Positions 37,169-46,793 are shown, counted from the first letter of the stretch. The stretch is 61,604 nucleotides of DNA from a virus (IMGVR_UViG_3300043773_000773:1-61604); one strand, 5' to 3'. The notes: generated by a model from the sequence alone, not told the origin. Program-made: numbers and translations.

Positions 37169-37508
37169 CGTTTTGCTTCCTTGCAAGGGCAACCTGTTCC
37201 GTCAGGCTGGCGATCTGAGACATCAACCCGTCGAGCTTCTTGGACTGGGCGGTCTGCGGCGAATACTCCCAGCATCCCCACTGCCGCCAATCGGCGTTCT
37301 CTTGCAGTCCGGGATCGTCGCGGTGCCGCACGGACGGCTTCTCCTGAAAGCCCGCATACGGGCTGAACGTCAGGATGCACACCGTGCTCACGCCCGGGCG
37401 CTGCACGATCCAGCCCAGCACGGGCTCCGCGCAGGTGAGCGGGTCGTGATACCAGTACACGCTGTCGCCAATCCGAACTGGCGGCTGGCTAAAGGATTCG
37501 GCTTCCAT
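37149..37508 (-). CDS. Hypothetical protein
   Basis: 119 aa between TerL and portal. Confidence 0.65.
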   Translation of the reverse strand: MEAESFSQPPVRIGDSVYWYHDPLTCAEPVLGWIVQRPGVSTVCILTFSPYAGFQEKPSVRHRDDPGLQENADWRQWGCWEYSPQTAQSKKLDGLMSQIASLTEQVALARKQNGGTKNG

Positions 37509-39195
37509 ACTTTGCTCCTGACTGCGGGCCTAAGAAGATGAAGTCGTCGGCTTCTGCGGCCATGCGCTTTTTGCGCCTCCGCATCCAGTCGACGTACCAG
37601 GGGTCGGGACCGGCATCCACCTTAGGCTTGTGGTATCGAGGTCGATAGGCACACAAATACTCGAGGCACTGGCAGGCGTGGACTTCGCCCCGCGTATTGG
37701 GCTGGTCGGTCACGACGTACGCCCCAGCCACCAGTTGGGTCTTGTGCTTGTAGCGCCGCAATTCCCGCTCAAGGTCGGGGCAGGCGCTGCGCAGCACACG
37801 CAGCGTCGGCCTCCCTTCTGGGCGGATGTGGAGATAGTTCCGCACTGCCGACATGCGGGCCTGAACGTCGTCGCACCCGGCAATAAAGCTGTGGCCGGTG
37901 GTCTGGCTGGAGACCCCCTGCTTCTTGAGTTCCTCCGTGTACAGTTCGACCGGGAGCCTGCCAGAGCCGATTTCGCGGAGGCGCCCGCCGTGCATGTCGA
38001 TGAGGAAAGCGTAGAAGTTCTGCCCGACGCACTTCTCCCTCATCTTCTCGCCGAAGATGATGGCATTGCAGTTCCGGATGTAGAGCTGGTCGTAGATCAG
38101 GAGCATCGACTCGTCTGGCGGCACGGCTGCGAAAAGCACGGAGGTGACTGCGTGTCCAGGGTCGATGGCGGCGTACCGGCACCAGTCCGAAGGCACCACG
38201 AGATTCTCTAGCTCCGTCCTCTCGTAGCCGTGAACGTGCATGGCGAACGTGGGGTAGCAGAGGATCGAGTCGCTGATGAACTCGCCCTCGCTGCGCATCC
38301 GCAGCACATCCTCGCCAAGCGCCGACCACGCCTCGATACGCTTGCGCTTTTCCCCGTCGTCGATGTGAGGGTTGTCAAGAAAGCGCAGCACGAACTTAAC
38401 GATCGAGGGATTCTCGGCGCCATCCTCCGCGAGCTTGTCGGCGCGCTCCGCAAGCGACTGGAGGGAGTCGTTCTTCGAGTGCGGCATGGCCGACCATGCG
38501 AAGACGCCCTTGCGGTCGGAGAGGCGGGCCTGCATTTCAGGAACCCACGCATCGCCGTTGTTAACGTCCTCGTCGATGTGGACGCGGTTGGCCTGCCAGC
38601 CCTGCGGCGGCTCGCCTTCAGACGAGAAGAAATAAATCTGCCAGCCGTTCGTCAGCGTGCAGGACTGGATGTACCGGGCAGACTTCAGAATCCACGACTT
38701 CTTCGCCACCATGCGCGGCGGGATCAGCGGGGGCGCAGGCTTGGCGTCCTTCTCGCGCGCTGCGTCTGTCACGGGGTTGTACGCGCGCCACTCGCCTGTC
38801 TGCTCGTCCTTGATGATCTTGAACGCCCCAGCCATGAACAGCATGGGGTAGACGACAAGGCCGATGTGCTTCCAGTCCTTGCCGACGATGGCGAGGATGC
38901 CGTCCTTTTCCGGGTACTTGCCGTGCGGGTCTTTGCCGCACACAGCCCGAGCGTCCTCTACGAACGTGCAAAGCGACTTGCCGGAGCGATTGCCGCCCAG
39001 AACCAGAATCTCACTCGCCTTGCACTCGTGGACTTCCTCCTGCTTCGGGGTGGGCATGTAGAGCTTCAGCGCCTCGATCCGGCGGCTCGCCAGTTCCGCC
39101 TGCATCTCCTTCAACTCGCCCTGCTGGAACGCCCCCAATCGCTTGACGGACGGCAGCGGCGAAATCTGCGGGGGTTTCCGGCGCGACTTGGACAT
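37489..39195 (-). CDS. terL: Terminase large subunit
   Basis: GGNRSGKS Walker A, HIDED Walker B, IDPG nuclease motif. Confidence 0.93.
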   Translation of the reverse strand: MSKSRRKPPQISPLPSVKRLGAFQQGELKEMQAELASRRIEALKLYMPTPKQEEVHECKASEILVLGGNRSGKSLCTFVEDARAVCGKDPHGKYPEKDGILAIVGKDWKHIGLVVYPMLFMAGAFKIIKDEQTGEWRAYNPVTDAAREKDAKPAPPLIPPRMVAKKSWILKSARYIQSCTLTNGWQIYFFSSEGEPPQGWQANRVHIDEDVNNGDAWVPEMQARLSDRKGVFAWSAMPHSKNDSLQSLAERADKLAEDGAENPSIVKFVLRFLDNPHIDDGEKRKRIEAWSALGEDVLRMRSEGEFISDSILCYPTFAMHVHGYERTELENLVVPSDWCRYAAIDPGHAVTSVLFAAVPPDESMLLIYDQLYIRNCNAIIFGEKMREKCVGQNFYAFLIDMHGGRLREIGSGRLPVELYTEELKKQGVSSQTTGHSFIAGCDDVQARMSAVRNYLHIRPEGRPTLRVLRSACPDLERELRRYKHKTQLVAGAYVVTDQPNTRGEVHACQCLEYLCAYRPRYHKPKVDAGPDPWYVDWMRRRKKRMAAEADDFIFLGPQSGAKYGSRIL

Positions 39196-39688
39196 TGAGG
39201 AATCCTCCCTGAATGCTCATGGCAATGCGGCTCAGCCGCTGATCGAGTTCGCTCTCAAGCTCCTCGTCGCTCCACTGGGTGAGCGGCTTCTTGGCGCCCC
39301 CCAATTCGGTGTTCTTCGTGACGAGACGAACGATGCCTTCGAGTAGCTTGGTGCGATGGGAGCCGCCGGGAGGGGCGTCGAAATACTGCTTCACCATCAT
39401 GGCGGCGAACCCGCTGGAGCCTCCGAAGTAGTCCATCAGCCGTTCCAGCAGTTCGCTGGAGTGCGGGATGTTCTCCCCTCCCCTGCCAGCAGCCTTCGTG
39501 AACGCGCTCAGGGCGCCGTCCTCGATGGCCTTCATGTCTGCGGCCTTCTGCTTGCGCTTCTTGCCCCTGTTCACCTTCGCCCGGCAGGCGAGGCAGCGTG
39601 CGTCCCACGTGCCGTCCTTCTTGACGCGGAAGTGGTCCCGCGTGTGCGGGAACTGCTGGCCGCAATCGGTGCAGGTCTTGTCGGCCAT
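39011..39688 (-). CDS. Putative terminase small subunit with N-terminal Zn finger
   Basis: CTDC..CLAC; WSDEELE motif; directly upstream of and overlapping terL. Confidence 0.55.
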   Translation of the reverse strand: MADKTCTDCGQQFPHTRDHFRVKKDGTWDARCLACRAKVNRGKKRKQKAADMKAIEDGALSAFTKAAGRGGENIPHSSELLERLMDYFGGSSGFAAMMVKQYFDAPPGGSHRTKLLEGIVRLVTKNTELGGAKKPLTQWSDEELESELDQRLSRIAMSIQGGFLNVQVAPETPADFAAAVRQAIGGVPAGRVEGDAGGTGEPPDRGAEALHAHPEAGGSPRVQGE

Positions 39689-39689
39689 G

Positions 39690-39956
39690 TCAGCAGTTCC
39701 ATGCCCGCAGGGACTTGTTGATGCGGCTGTCTGGGTCGCTGGCCGTCTCCTTGCTCGTCAGCTTCTTCTTCATGCCCTCCATCCGGGCGCAGAAGGAGTC
39801 ACGCCGGGAGCCACCCTCTGGCTGTGGCGGCTTGAGGTTGGCGTTGTTCGCGCGGTTGTAGGCCGCGCGCCCAGCGGCATTGAGTCCACCGTCAGGGTCT
39901 TGCCCCTCCTTGCGGGTCCACACCTCAGAGCGCAGCTTGCGGATGCGATCACTCAT
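39690..39956 (-). CDS. DUF6321-like phage protein
   Basis: WTRKEG..GGLN..GR..SFCARM..RINKSLRAWNC signature. Confidence 0.75.
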   Translation of the reverse strand: MSDRIRKLRSEVWTRKEGQDPDGGLNAAGRAAYNRANNANLKPPQPEGGSRRDSFCARMEGMKKKLTSKETASDPDSRINKSLRAWNC

Positions 39957-40162
39957 CGGTCTGCCTGGGGGACGGACGTAATCATCGGCGCCATGCCAGT
40001 GCGCGGCGGCGGCACGTTGCCAGCCCCCACTTCGCGCTTGGCCTTGAAGCCCTCAAGCTCCGGGAAGTCGAGCAGGCCCGCCTTGTGAAGCTGCGCCATG
40101 ATCGACTGGCGGTCGCCGTCATGGAACTGCGTCATGGCATCAGGATCGCCGGGCATCGCCAT
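39953..40162 (-). CDS. Small hypothetical protein
   Basis: MAMPGDPD start with GGAG upstream. Confidence 0.55.
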   Translation of the reverse strand: MAMPGDPDAMTQFHDGDRQSIMAQLHKAGLLDFPELEGFKAKREVGAGNVPPPRTGMAPMITSVPQADR

Positions 40163-40182
40163 TGAAGAAACTCCCGAAGTGC

Positions 40183-40224
40183 AAAAAGAAGGCCGCAGGG
40201 GGGCGTCCCGTCCCTCCTGCGGCC
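40183..40224 (-). terminator. Intrinsic terminator after capsid operon
   Basis: GGCCGCAGG...CCTGCGGCC stem followed by TTCTTTTT. Confidence 0.75.
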
Positions 40225-40250
40225 AGTCGTCGCGACGATGATGACAAGAA

Positions 40251-40787
40251 TCAGAAGCCAGCCGCCGTGCGGACGAGAATCCGACCGGAGGTCGTGGCGC
40301 TCGTGTCGATGGCGTAGCCGAGCAGGGCGTTGGCGCCTTGCGCAGCAGCCGAACCAGCCGTAGCCGAAGGGCCGTAGGCCGCACCGGCAGACACGCTGGT
40401 CGCGGTCTTCGTCACCGTCGAGGGACCACGAACCACGAGCCAGAACACCTCGTTGTTCGGCACGCCAGCAGCGGGGAGGTACTCGTCCACCACGCCCATG
40501 AGGACCGTAGCGGCAACGGCACCGCCGTCCACCTCCGTCAGGATCGCCGAGTCCTTGAACTTGGCAACCGCGCCGGGAAGCAGAGCGGAACCGCTCGTGT
40601 TCTTCACCGCGATGCACTCGACCGTCCGATTGCTCTTGATCGCGCCCGTCTTCGGGTCTTCGTCGCGAAACACCTTGCGGGTGCCCACGACGGTCGATCC
40701 GTCGCCATTCTCGGCCTCGTACATCGTCACGGTGATGCCAAGCGTCTGGCCTCGACCGAAACCGGGATCAGCAGTCAACGTACTCAT
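40251..40787 (-). CDS. Capsid decoration/cement protein
   Basis: Ala/Thr/Gly-rich beta protein right after MCP; GVVD..FWLVVRGP. Confidence 0.6.
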   Translation of the reverse strand: MSTLTADPGFGRGQTLGITVTMYEAENGDGSTVVGTRKVFRDEDPKTGAIKSNRTVECIAVKNTSGSALLPGAVAKFKDSAILTEVDGGAVAATVLMGVVDEYLPAAGVPNNEVFWLVVRGPSTVTKTATSVSAGAAYGPSATAGSAAAQGANALLGYAIDTSATTSGRILVRTAAGF

Positions 40788-40817
40788 CTGCTAGGGAACT
40801 CCTTCTTGGGCTCTGGG

Positions 40818-41936
40818 TCAGGCGAGGGCAGCGAACTTCACAAAGTTGCGCGGAGACTTCATCTTGATGTTGGCGAGGACCGACACGGCGTAGCGGTAGC
40901 TGGAGAGTTCCTCGTTGTAGAACGGTCCCTCAGCCTCCATAAGCTGCCCGGTCATCACCTTCATCTCCATGTTGCCGATCGAGAGGGCATAGCCCACACC
41001 CGACGGCACGGCGTAGTCCGACGCGGTTTCGATGCCGTCGATTTCGACCACATCGCCGAAGCCGTAGGACTTCAGGCCGTTCGTCTTCGACACGATCGCC
41101 CGCTCGCGAGCATCCAGCCGGTTCAGGAACTGGATGTACATCTCGCGATCGAGCAGGATCATGTCGATCTGGTTCTCGCGAGTGTCATTCCGCTTCGCGT
41201 GGTTGACCGACGCGCGGATCGCCTCGATGCACTGATCCTTCCACGTGGCAGTTGCGCCGCCGAACGCGGTGCTGGTGTAGTTGCACACCAGCGGCGACCA
41301 GAAGTCGTACTCGGGGTCGACCGGCACTCGCGGCCACGAGCCCGTCGCGAGCTGCGAGCCAGCGTACTGGCCGAGACCCGTCTTCAGACCGGCGTATTCG
41401 TCAGCCGGGAAGCCGAACGGATCAGCCGCATTGGCCGTCCGCTGCGCGCCCGTCCCCACGTTCACCGTGCCGTTGACGGCGAACATCGACTCCAGGCCCA
41501 TCCAGCGATTGTCGTTGCCGCTGGCGTAGCCGTCGATGAACACTTCCTTGCTGAGGTGCGACTCCATCGACTCCCGGAGGCGGTTCGCCATTTTCCCGGC
41601 AACGTCGATGAGTTGGGCCTGACCGCGATTCTCAAGCATCTCACGCTTGCTGATCTGGTCGGTCACGCTGTACCCCCGATACGGGAGGTAGGCGCGCTGC
41701 CAGAGCGCATGGCGTGCGAAAACGCGAGGCGACTCACCCGTGTAAGACGACACGGGGATGTCGCGGTAGCGGACCTGCCAGTCGAAACCACGACCTCCCT
41801 GATTCATGGCGACGTTGCCGTTCGCCTGAAGTGCAGCGAAGACCTTGTACTTGCGGAAGGTGGTCTGCTCCTCTTCCTTCAAATGCAGGGTCAGGGTAGT
41901 GCCGATAGACCGTGCCCAATCTACGCTCGACGCCAT
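40818..41936 (-). CDS. Major capsid protein (HK97 fold)
   Basis: 372 aa after scaffold; N-arm GGR, ENRG..QLID, MGLES, terminal SPRN. Confidence 0.85.
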   Translation of the reverse strand: MASSVDWARSIGTTLTLHLKEEEQTTFRKYKVFAALQANGNVAMNQGGRGFDWQVRYRDIPVSSYTGESPRVFARHALWQRAYLPYRGYSVTDQISKREMLENRGQAQLIDVAGKMANRLRESMESHLSKEVFIDGYASGNDNRWMGLESMFAVNGTVNVGTGAQRTANAADPFGFPADEYAGLKTGLGQYAGSQLATGSWPRVPVDPEYDFWSPLVCNYTSTAFGGATATWKDQCIEAIRASVNHAKRNDTRENQIDMILLDREMYIQFLNRLDARERAIVSKTNGLKSYGFGDVVEIDGIETASDYAVPSGVGYALSIGNMEMKVMTGQLMEAEGPFYNEELSSYRYAVSVLANIKMKSPRNFVKFAALA

Positions 41937-41949
41937 TTCGTTTTACCTT

Positions 41950-43086
41950 TCAAGAGATGCCGTCGCGCTGAAGCTGCTTCGCGAGACGTTGCTCAAAAGT
42001 CATCGGTGCCTGTGGTGCGCGAGGGTCGCTGGTTCCCGTACTCCGACTCGGATTACGAGAGGCTTCCCTCCTAAGGAACTCTATGTCTTTCTGAGCCTGA
42101 CTTGGGGCATCGGGTGATGCAGAAACCGGCGCAGAAACCGGCACCGCAGGGGGCGCGGCGAGCGCGGTTTGCTGCGGTAATCCAGCCTCAAACGCGCTGC
42201 GCTGCGCAGTCTGCGCCTGCATCGCACGCAGCCTGTTGTGCAGGTCTAATTCCACTTTCATCGTGGCGTATTCCCAGCGCGCTTCAGCGCTCTGGATGCC
42301 AAGCGAGGCGGCCTCGTTGATGTAGCCCTCGATGGCTTGGCCCTCCTCAGTGGGCGTCTTGCCATCGGCCTCGTAGAGCCAGTCGCGATTCTCCTGCTCC
42401 AGCGACGAGACGTACTGCTGGGCGTGCGCCTCCTCGAACTGGGCCTGGACGATCTGCTGAGCCTGCTGCTGGGCGATTTCCTGAATCATCGGCCCGATCG
42501 CCTCCTCAGGGTTGGTGAGGAACTTCTGGGCGAAGTCAGCCTTGTACTTCTGGTACTCGTACAGAGAGTGCTTGGCGTCGAGCGGAGCCTCCGGCGAGAT
42601 GACTTCCCGGCCGTTCTCGTCCCGGACGAGGTACTGCTTGTACGATTCGCGGACTTCGGGCGGATTCCACCACTTTTTCACCGCCTCCGCAGCAGATGCT
42701 CTCTCTACGTTGGCGGGCTGCTGCTGGGAGGAGAGCCATCGCTGGAAGGATTCTCGATGCTGCTGGAATTGCTCGAAGGGCTCTCGCTGCTGGAGGTACT
42801 GCTGGGCGTATGGGATGTACTGCTGGTATTGGGCAAGAGCTTGAGTTGCTGCTTTCTCGCGCTCCATCGAAGAGTAGAGGCGGCGTGCAATCGCAGTGTC
42901 GTCCTGCCCCTGGAAGTCAGGGAGAGTGCGGAAGGCATCCCACACCGTCTGCTGAGGCGGTGCAGAAGCCGCCGCAGGTGAAGTTTCCGTCGGCGTGGAT
43001 GCACTGGCGCTCTCCGGCGCAGAGGTGTACTCGGGCGTGCTGTCTACGACTTCGCTCTCGACGACCGCAGATTCTTCCATCGACAT
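41950..43086 (-). CDS. Capsid scaffolding protein
   Basis: Acidic/Ser-Pro N-terminus, Gln-rich coiled coils, directly before MCP. Confidence 0.65.
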   Translation of the reverse strand: MSMEESAVVESEVVDSTPEYTSAPESASASTPTETSPAAASAPPQQTVWDAFRTLPDFQGQDDTAIARRLYSSMEREKAATQALAQYQQYIPYAQQYLQQREPFEQFQQHRESFQRWLSSQQQPANVERASAAEAVKKWWNPPEVRESYKQYLVRDENGREVISPEAPLDAKHSLYEYQKYKADFAQKFLTNPEEAIGPMIQEIAQQQAQQIVQAQFEEAHAQQYVSSLEQENRDWLYEADGKTPTEEGQAIEGYINEAASLGIQSAEARWEYATMKVELDLHNRLRAMQAQTAQRSAFEAGLPQQTALAAPPAVPVSAPVSASPDAPSQAQKDIEFLRREASRNPSRSTGTSDPRAPQAPMTFEQRLAKQLQRDGIS

Positions 43087-43134
43087 GGGTAGATTCCCTG
43101 TGGATTCATGGCCTGGACGGGCTGCGGGGCAGCG

Positions 43135-44481
43135 TCAGCGGACCCAAGGGCTTACGAGCCCGTCCTTCTGCAACCGTGACCATGCCGCATCGTCGGCGCT
43201 CTTGATAGCCCCGTCATTGGCGAGCCTGTCGTGAATCGCCTTGCGTGCCTTCCGCGCAGCGTCAATCTCGCTGTCGGTGCGCGCCTTTCCATCTGCCGCG
43301 CCGCCGGTTGCCTGCACGACCGCTTGGTTGATTCCCTGCTCGACGGCTTGGTCCCTGCCGACGGCCCCCGCTGCACCACGCCCAGCCCCAGCCGCAACTG
43401 CGCCTCTCGTTGCGACACGACCACTCGCGGCCGCTGTCTTTGCAGCCGTCTGTGCGCCAGCGAGACCCGCCCGCACGGCGTCATCGGCCAGCCCAACGAA
43501 AGGCATCAGGACGCTCGGATCGGCTGAACTGAATAGCGCATCGAGGGTGGTGGACACGACCTTCGGAGGCGCAAACTCGAACCCGAAGTTCTTCTTCGAC
43601 CACTGCCTCCAGCGCTGGTCCGGATTGGGAAGCTCGGCTTGGCGTAGCTCCTCGCGCAGTTCCGCCACCCGCCTGCCGACATCGGCCTGCGTGGCCCCAG
43701 GCGGCAAATCCCCGATCATCGAGGGCGCCAGCGGTCGATAGCGGTTTAGCGCAAGCCTCTTTCCGGCAGCAGCTTCCCACGACTCGCTCCCGGTCGCGGT
43801 CTCTCCGCTACCCTGCATGCGCATGTAATCGGGGAGAACTTCCGAGAAGTTCGCGTAGTTGCCGAGCGGTACGTCGGGGTTCGAGACGGCGTTCCCGACG
43901 AGGTTTCCGGCGCCGCCCGTGCTCTGGAAGTTGCCGCTCGTGGCCGACTCTCGCCACAGCGGAGTCATGTTGCTGCTGTCCCAGTAGCCCAGCGCCTCGC
44001 CAAGCTTCACGGCGCGGTCGCTCTCTGCCCGCCAGCCCAACTGGCCTCGCGTGGGGGCGGCGTCCGATGCGAGCTTGCCTTCCAGAAAGTCCGCGTCACG
44101 CACGAACCCTTGGTGGAGGCGCGCCGTCTGCGGGTCCATCAGGTAGACGGACTTGTCCCACCGCTCCTTAACTTCTTCTGGGGACTTGCCCTTTCTGGCG
44201 TACGCCTCTCGCGCGGCCGCCCGCCCCTCAGGATTCGCCCACATCGAGGTGGATTGCCCGGATTCGCTCATCAGCCCAGCCACCTGAGCATTGGCCGAGA
44301 TGTACGCCATCGCCTTGTCGAGCGGCACATCGGGCTTGATGCCGTGCCGGGCATAGATGTCTTTGACGATCGCCTCTGCGCGAAGCTGCTGCGGGTCGCG
44401 CTTGGCTGGGGCAGGCTCCAGCGCAGGCTCCGGGTAGGCGGTGAGCGATTTCAGTTCGTCGTCGGTGAGTGATCCAGCCAT
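43135..44481 (-). CDS. Hypothetical (possible virion) protein
   Basis: Start MAGSLTDD with GAGG upstream; 448 aa. Confidence 0.65.
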   Translation of the reverse strand: MAGSLTDDELKSLTAYPEPALEPAPAKRDPQQLRAEAIVKDIYARHGIKPDVPLDKAMAYISANAQVAGLMSESGQSTSMWANPEGRAAAREAYARKGKSPEEVKERWDKSVYLMDPQTARLHQGFVRDADFLEGKLASDAAPTRGQLGWRAESDRAVKLGEALGYWDSSNMTPLWRESATSGNFQSTGGAGNLVGNAVSNPDVPLGNYANFSEVLPDYMRMQGSGETATGSESWEAAAGKRLALNRYRPLAPSMIGDLPPGATQADVGRRVAELREELRQAELPNPDQRWRQWSKKNFGFEFAPPKVVSTTLDALFSSADPSVLMPFVGLADDAVRAGLAGAQTAAKTAAASGRVATRGAVAAGAGRGAAGAVGRDQAVEQGINQAVVQATGGAADGKARTDSEIDAARKARKAIHDRLANDGAIKSADDAAWSRLQKDGLVSPWVR

Positions 44482-44483
44482 TG

Positions 44484-45272
44484 CTATTTCCTCGCTGGGG
44501 TGACGAGGCTGTCGAAAAGCCGACGCATGCCGACCGCTTCGTCTACAGCAGCCTCCGTTGGCGCAATGCCGACGCCTGGATGGAAGTCTTTGGGCCACCA
44601 CACGCCGCGCCGGATCGGCCAGTCAACGCTTCCTCCGGCCGCCTTGATCGTGCCGTCGATCGCGACTGGCTGGCCGTCAAGGAATCCCATGTTGTCTGGG
44701 GCGGCATCGCCCCAGTCCCAGCCCTGGTACCCAAGCAAGCCCTCAAGGTTTTCGACATCCTGCGGGCTCGCCCGGTCACGCCCGGTTGGAAGCGACACAT
44801 CGGCCTTTCGCTGTAGCTCGACGCGGAATGGGCCTATTTTTGCCGTCGACTGATATGGCAATACGCCCTGAACGCCTTCCGGCAGCGTTCTTGGCGACCC
44901 CATGCCGAGCTTGACGACCCTGTCGCCAGCATCAAGCACAACGCTCTCAAATCCCCCAGAGAGCGGACGGACATCTTTGACTCCTGCACCGCCAAGATGC
45001 GAGGAAATCCCAGCAAGAATATCTCGCGACTTTGGATGATTGAGTATGTCTTGCGCGTGCGGGTCTGGTACGTCCCACTTGGCCCCGTACTGGGTCATGG
45101 CGCGCTTTGATTCCCTTAGCGCCTGCGCAAGCTCAGCGATGTTAGTGGCCCGAAGCGACCCAGCGGAAGGCGCCGCTGGTATTCCGCTCGCCATCCGCGC
45201 CTTCTGCGCCGCCAGAGCCCTCGCCATCTGGGCTATCGACGGCGCTGAAATGCTCTTTCCCGGTACGGCCAT
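44484..45272 (-). CDS. Protein-kinase-like fold protein
   Basis: LSGGFESVV (Gly loop), VVK, GDAAPDNM (DxxxxN), AIDG (DFG-like). Confidence 0.7.
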   Translation of the reverse strand: MAVPGKSISAPSIAQMARALAAQKARMASGIPAAPSAGSLRATNIAELAQALRESKRAMTQYGAKWDVPDPHAQDILNHPKSRDILAGISSHLGGAGVKDVRPLSGGFESVVLDAGDRVVKLGMGSPRTLPEGVQGVLPYQSTAKIGPFRVELQRKADVSLPTGRDRASPQDVENLEGLLGYQGWDWGDAAPDNMGFLDGQPVAIDGTIKAAGGSVDWPIRRGVWWPKDFHPGVGIAPTEAAVDEAVGMRRLFDSLVTPARK

Positions 45273-45325
45273 AGAATCTCCCTCACGGGATTCATGGCCT
45301 TGCGGGGGCTACCGAGAGCCAGCGG

Positions 45326-45619
45326 CTACTGAACCATCGCCCGCAGATTGCCGTCCTTGTCGCGGGAGAACCCCGATGGGGTGCCGCCCTTGCGGGCAAG
45401 CTCGTGGTCTTCCTTCGTCATGAGGAAGCCCTGCCCGTTCTTTTGGAGATTCTTGCGGGTGTCGAACTTCTCTGGCGCTTTCTTCGTCAGGCCGTCGAGC
45501 ACGCCAGCAGTCTTGTGCGCCAACCCGCCAAGCACCTTCGGGTGCTCTCGCTCAAGCTCTTTAGCCGCAGCCACACCCTCGTCGCGATAGAGCTTCCTGT
45601 AGTTGATGCTATCGGCCAT
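45326..45619 (-). CDS. Basic hypothetical protein
   Basis: 97 aa, strong AGGAGGT RBS. Confidence 0.7.
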   Translation of the reverse strand: MADSINYRKLYRDEGVAAAKELEREHPKVLGGLAHKTAGVLDGLTKKAPEKFDTRKNLQKNGQGFLMTKEDHELARKGGTPSGFSRDKDGNLRAMVQ

Positions 45620-45653
45620 GCGTCACCTCCTGTGCTTAGGAATCTATGTCCCT

Positions 45654-45797
45654 CTAGCGGGCCAGCATGTACATTCCAATGGCCGAGAAGGCGTACCCGG
45701 AGTAGGTGATCGCCAGCCACACGTTCCCCCGCATGAACTGCTCCCCAGCGACGTAGGCGTAGGCAGCGCCGGTAAGGATGATGAGCCAGCCACTCAT
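45654..45797 (-). CDS. 47-aa two-TM membrane protein
   Basis: Read manually: MSGWLIILTGAAYAYVAGEQFMRGNVWLAITYSGYAFSAIGMYMLAR; AGGAG RBS. Confidence 0.75.
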   Translation of the reverse strand: MSGWLIILTGAAYAYVAGEQFMRGNVWLAITYSGYAFSAIGMYMLAR

Positions 45798-45816
45798 GGC
45801 GGGGCGCTCCTGTGTG

Positions 45817-46002
45817 TCAGTCCGCGTGGCCCTTCGGCGGATGCTTGCGATGCCGCACCTTGCGGGGAGGGCGGCTGCATTCCGCCTTCCAGCGCGCTAT
45901 CCCACGCTCCACGCTGGCCGGGTCAATGCCCTTGTAGGTGCCGTTCCGGATGCACTGCTCGCGGAACTCCCGGTGAATCCTTGACAGCGGGTCTTCTGGC
46001 AT
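45817..46002 (-). CDS. Small basic hypothetical protein
   Basis: Likely start MPEDPLSR. Confidence 0.5.
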   Translation of the reverse strand: MPEDPLSRIHREFREQCIRNGTYKGIDPASVERGIARWKAECSRPPRKVRHRKHPPKGHAD

Positions 46003-46010
46003 GGGCGGGG

Positions 46011-46058
46011 TGCCGAGCCACCGGAACGCAGCGTCCCTGCTGCGCCCGGCGACCGGCA
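46011..46058 (-). other. Long stem-loop downstream of ssb
   Basis: CGCAGC/GCTGCG core extended by CCGG and GCCG arms; no U tract. Confidence 0.5.
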
Positions 46059-46064
46059 ACTAGA

Positions 46065-46451
46065 TCAGAACGGGATCGCGGCCTCTTCGACCTCCTGCGA
46101 CTCCTCAGACGCCTCCGGCATCTCTGGCATCCCGCCAGCCGCCCGACGGGGCCAGCGAAGGCTCCGGCCCACCTCATTTGCCATTAGACGCAATGAGAAG
46201 CCCTGTGAGCCGTCTTTCTTCTGGAACGTCTCCAGAGCCACCCGGCCCGTCACAACGACCCTGTCGCCCTTCTGGAGCGCCTGAGTGACCATGTCAGCCT
46301 GCTCGTCAAAGCAGGCGACCTCCACCCACGTTGTCGGGCCGTCCTTCTTCTCCGTAGACGCCACCGAGAACGTCGCCATCTGCTTGCCGCTACGGGTCGC
46401 CTTCAACTCCGGTGCGCGGCCCACGTTGCCTGTGATTGTTGCCTCGATCAT
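46065..46451 (-). CDS. ssb: Single-stranded DNA-binding protein
   Basis: ITGNVGRAPEL..FSVA..KGDRVVVTGR; acidic tail ending IPF. Confidence 0.95.
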   Translation of the reverse strand: MIEATITGNVGRAPELKATRSGKQMATFSVASTEKKDGPTTWVEVACFDEQADMVTQALQKGDRVVVTGRVALETFQKKDGSQGFSLRLMANEVGRSLRWPRRAAGGMPEMPEASEESQEVEEAAIPF

Positions 46452-46793
46452 CGAACACCCTTTCTATCGGGAGGGGACTATACAGGCGCCCAGTATAGCG
46501 GGGTGCGCATGTACAGATACCCCCAGAGAAGAGGGGGGCCAATGAAACTGGGAAAAAATCCAGGAGGGGAACGTAATTAACGTGCGCGGCGAGTGGGGGG
46601 GCTCGGGGCTCCCGCGTTCCATCTATACGCAAACCGCGACCGCTCCACGACTTCCGCTTCACGCTCTCCGTCGAGAGGCGGAAACCAGCCCGGCGAACCC
46701 ACGAGAAACGCGGTCCATCCCCGATGCGGAGTCTGCATTGTGTCGGAGCGACGACGACGGTCGATCGTCGTGCTACTGACACGGAGCAACGTC

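Larger units (their letters stand above)
5830..45652 (-). promoter_or_regulatory. Dispersed candidate late-promoter motif G(A/C)CAT(A/G)(A/G)AT
   Basis: Minus-strand copies at 5830-5841, 25912-25923, 43102-43114, 45288-45300, 45639-45652; weaker at 35125-35136 and 42075-42087. Confidence 0.55.

Noticed and set aside
40338-42074. 578-aa plus-strand ORF and similar long antisense ORFs (10823..11944, 34581..35735, 49892..51193, 56807..58345)
   Set aside because: Shadow frames opposite well-supported genes, expected from high-GC codon bias
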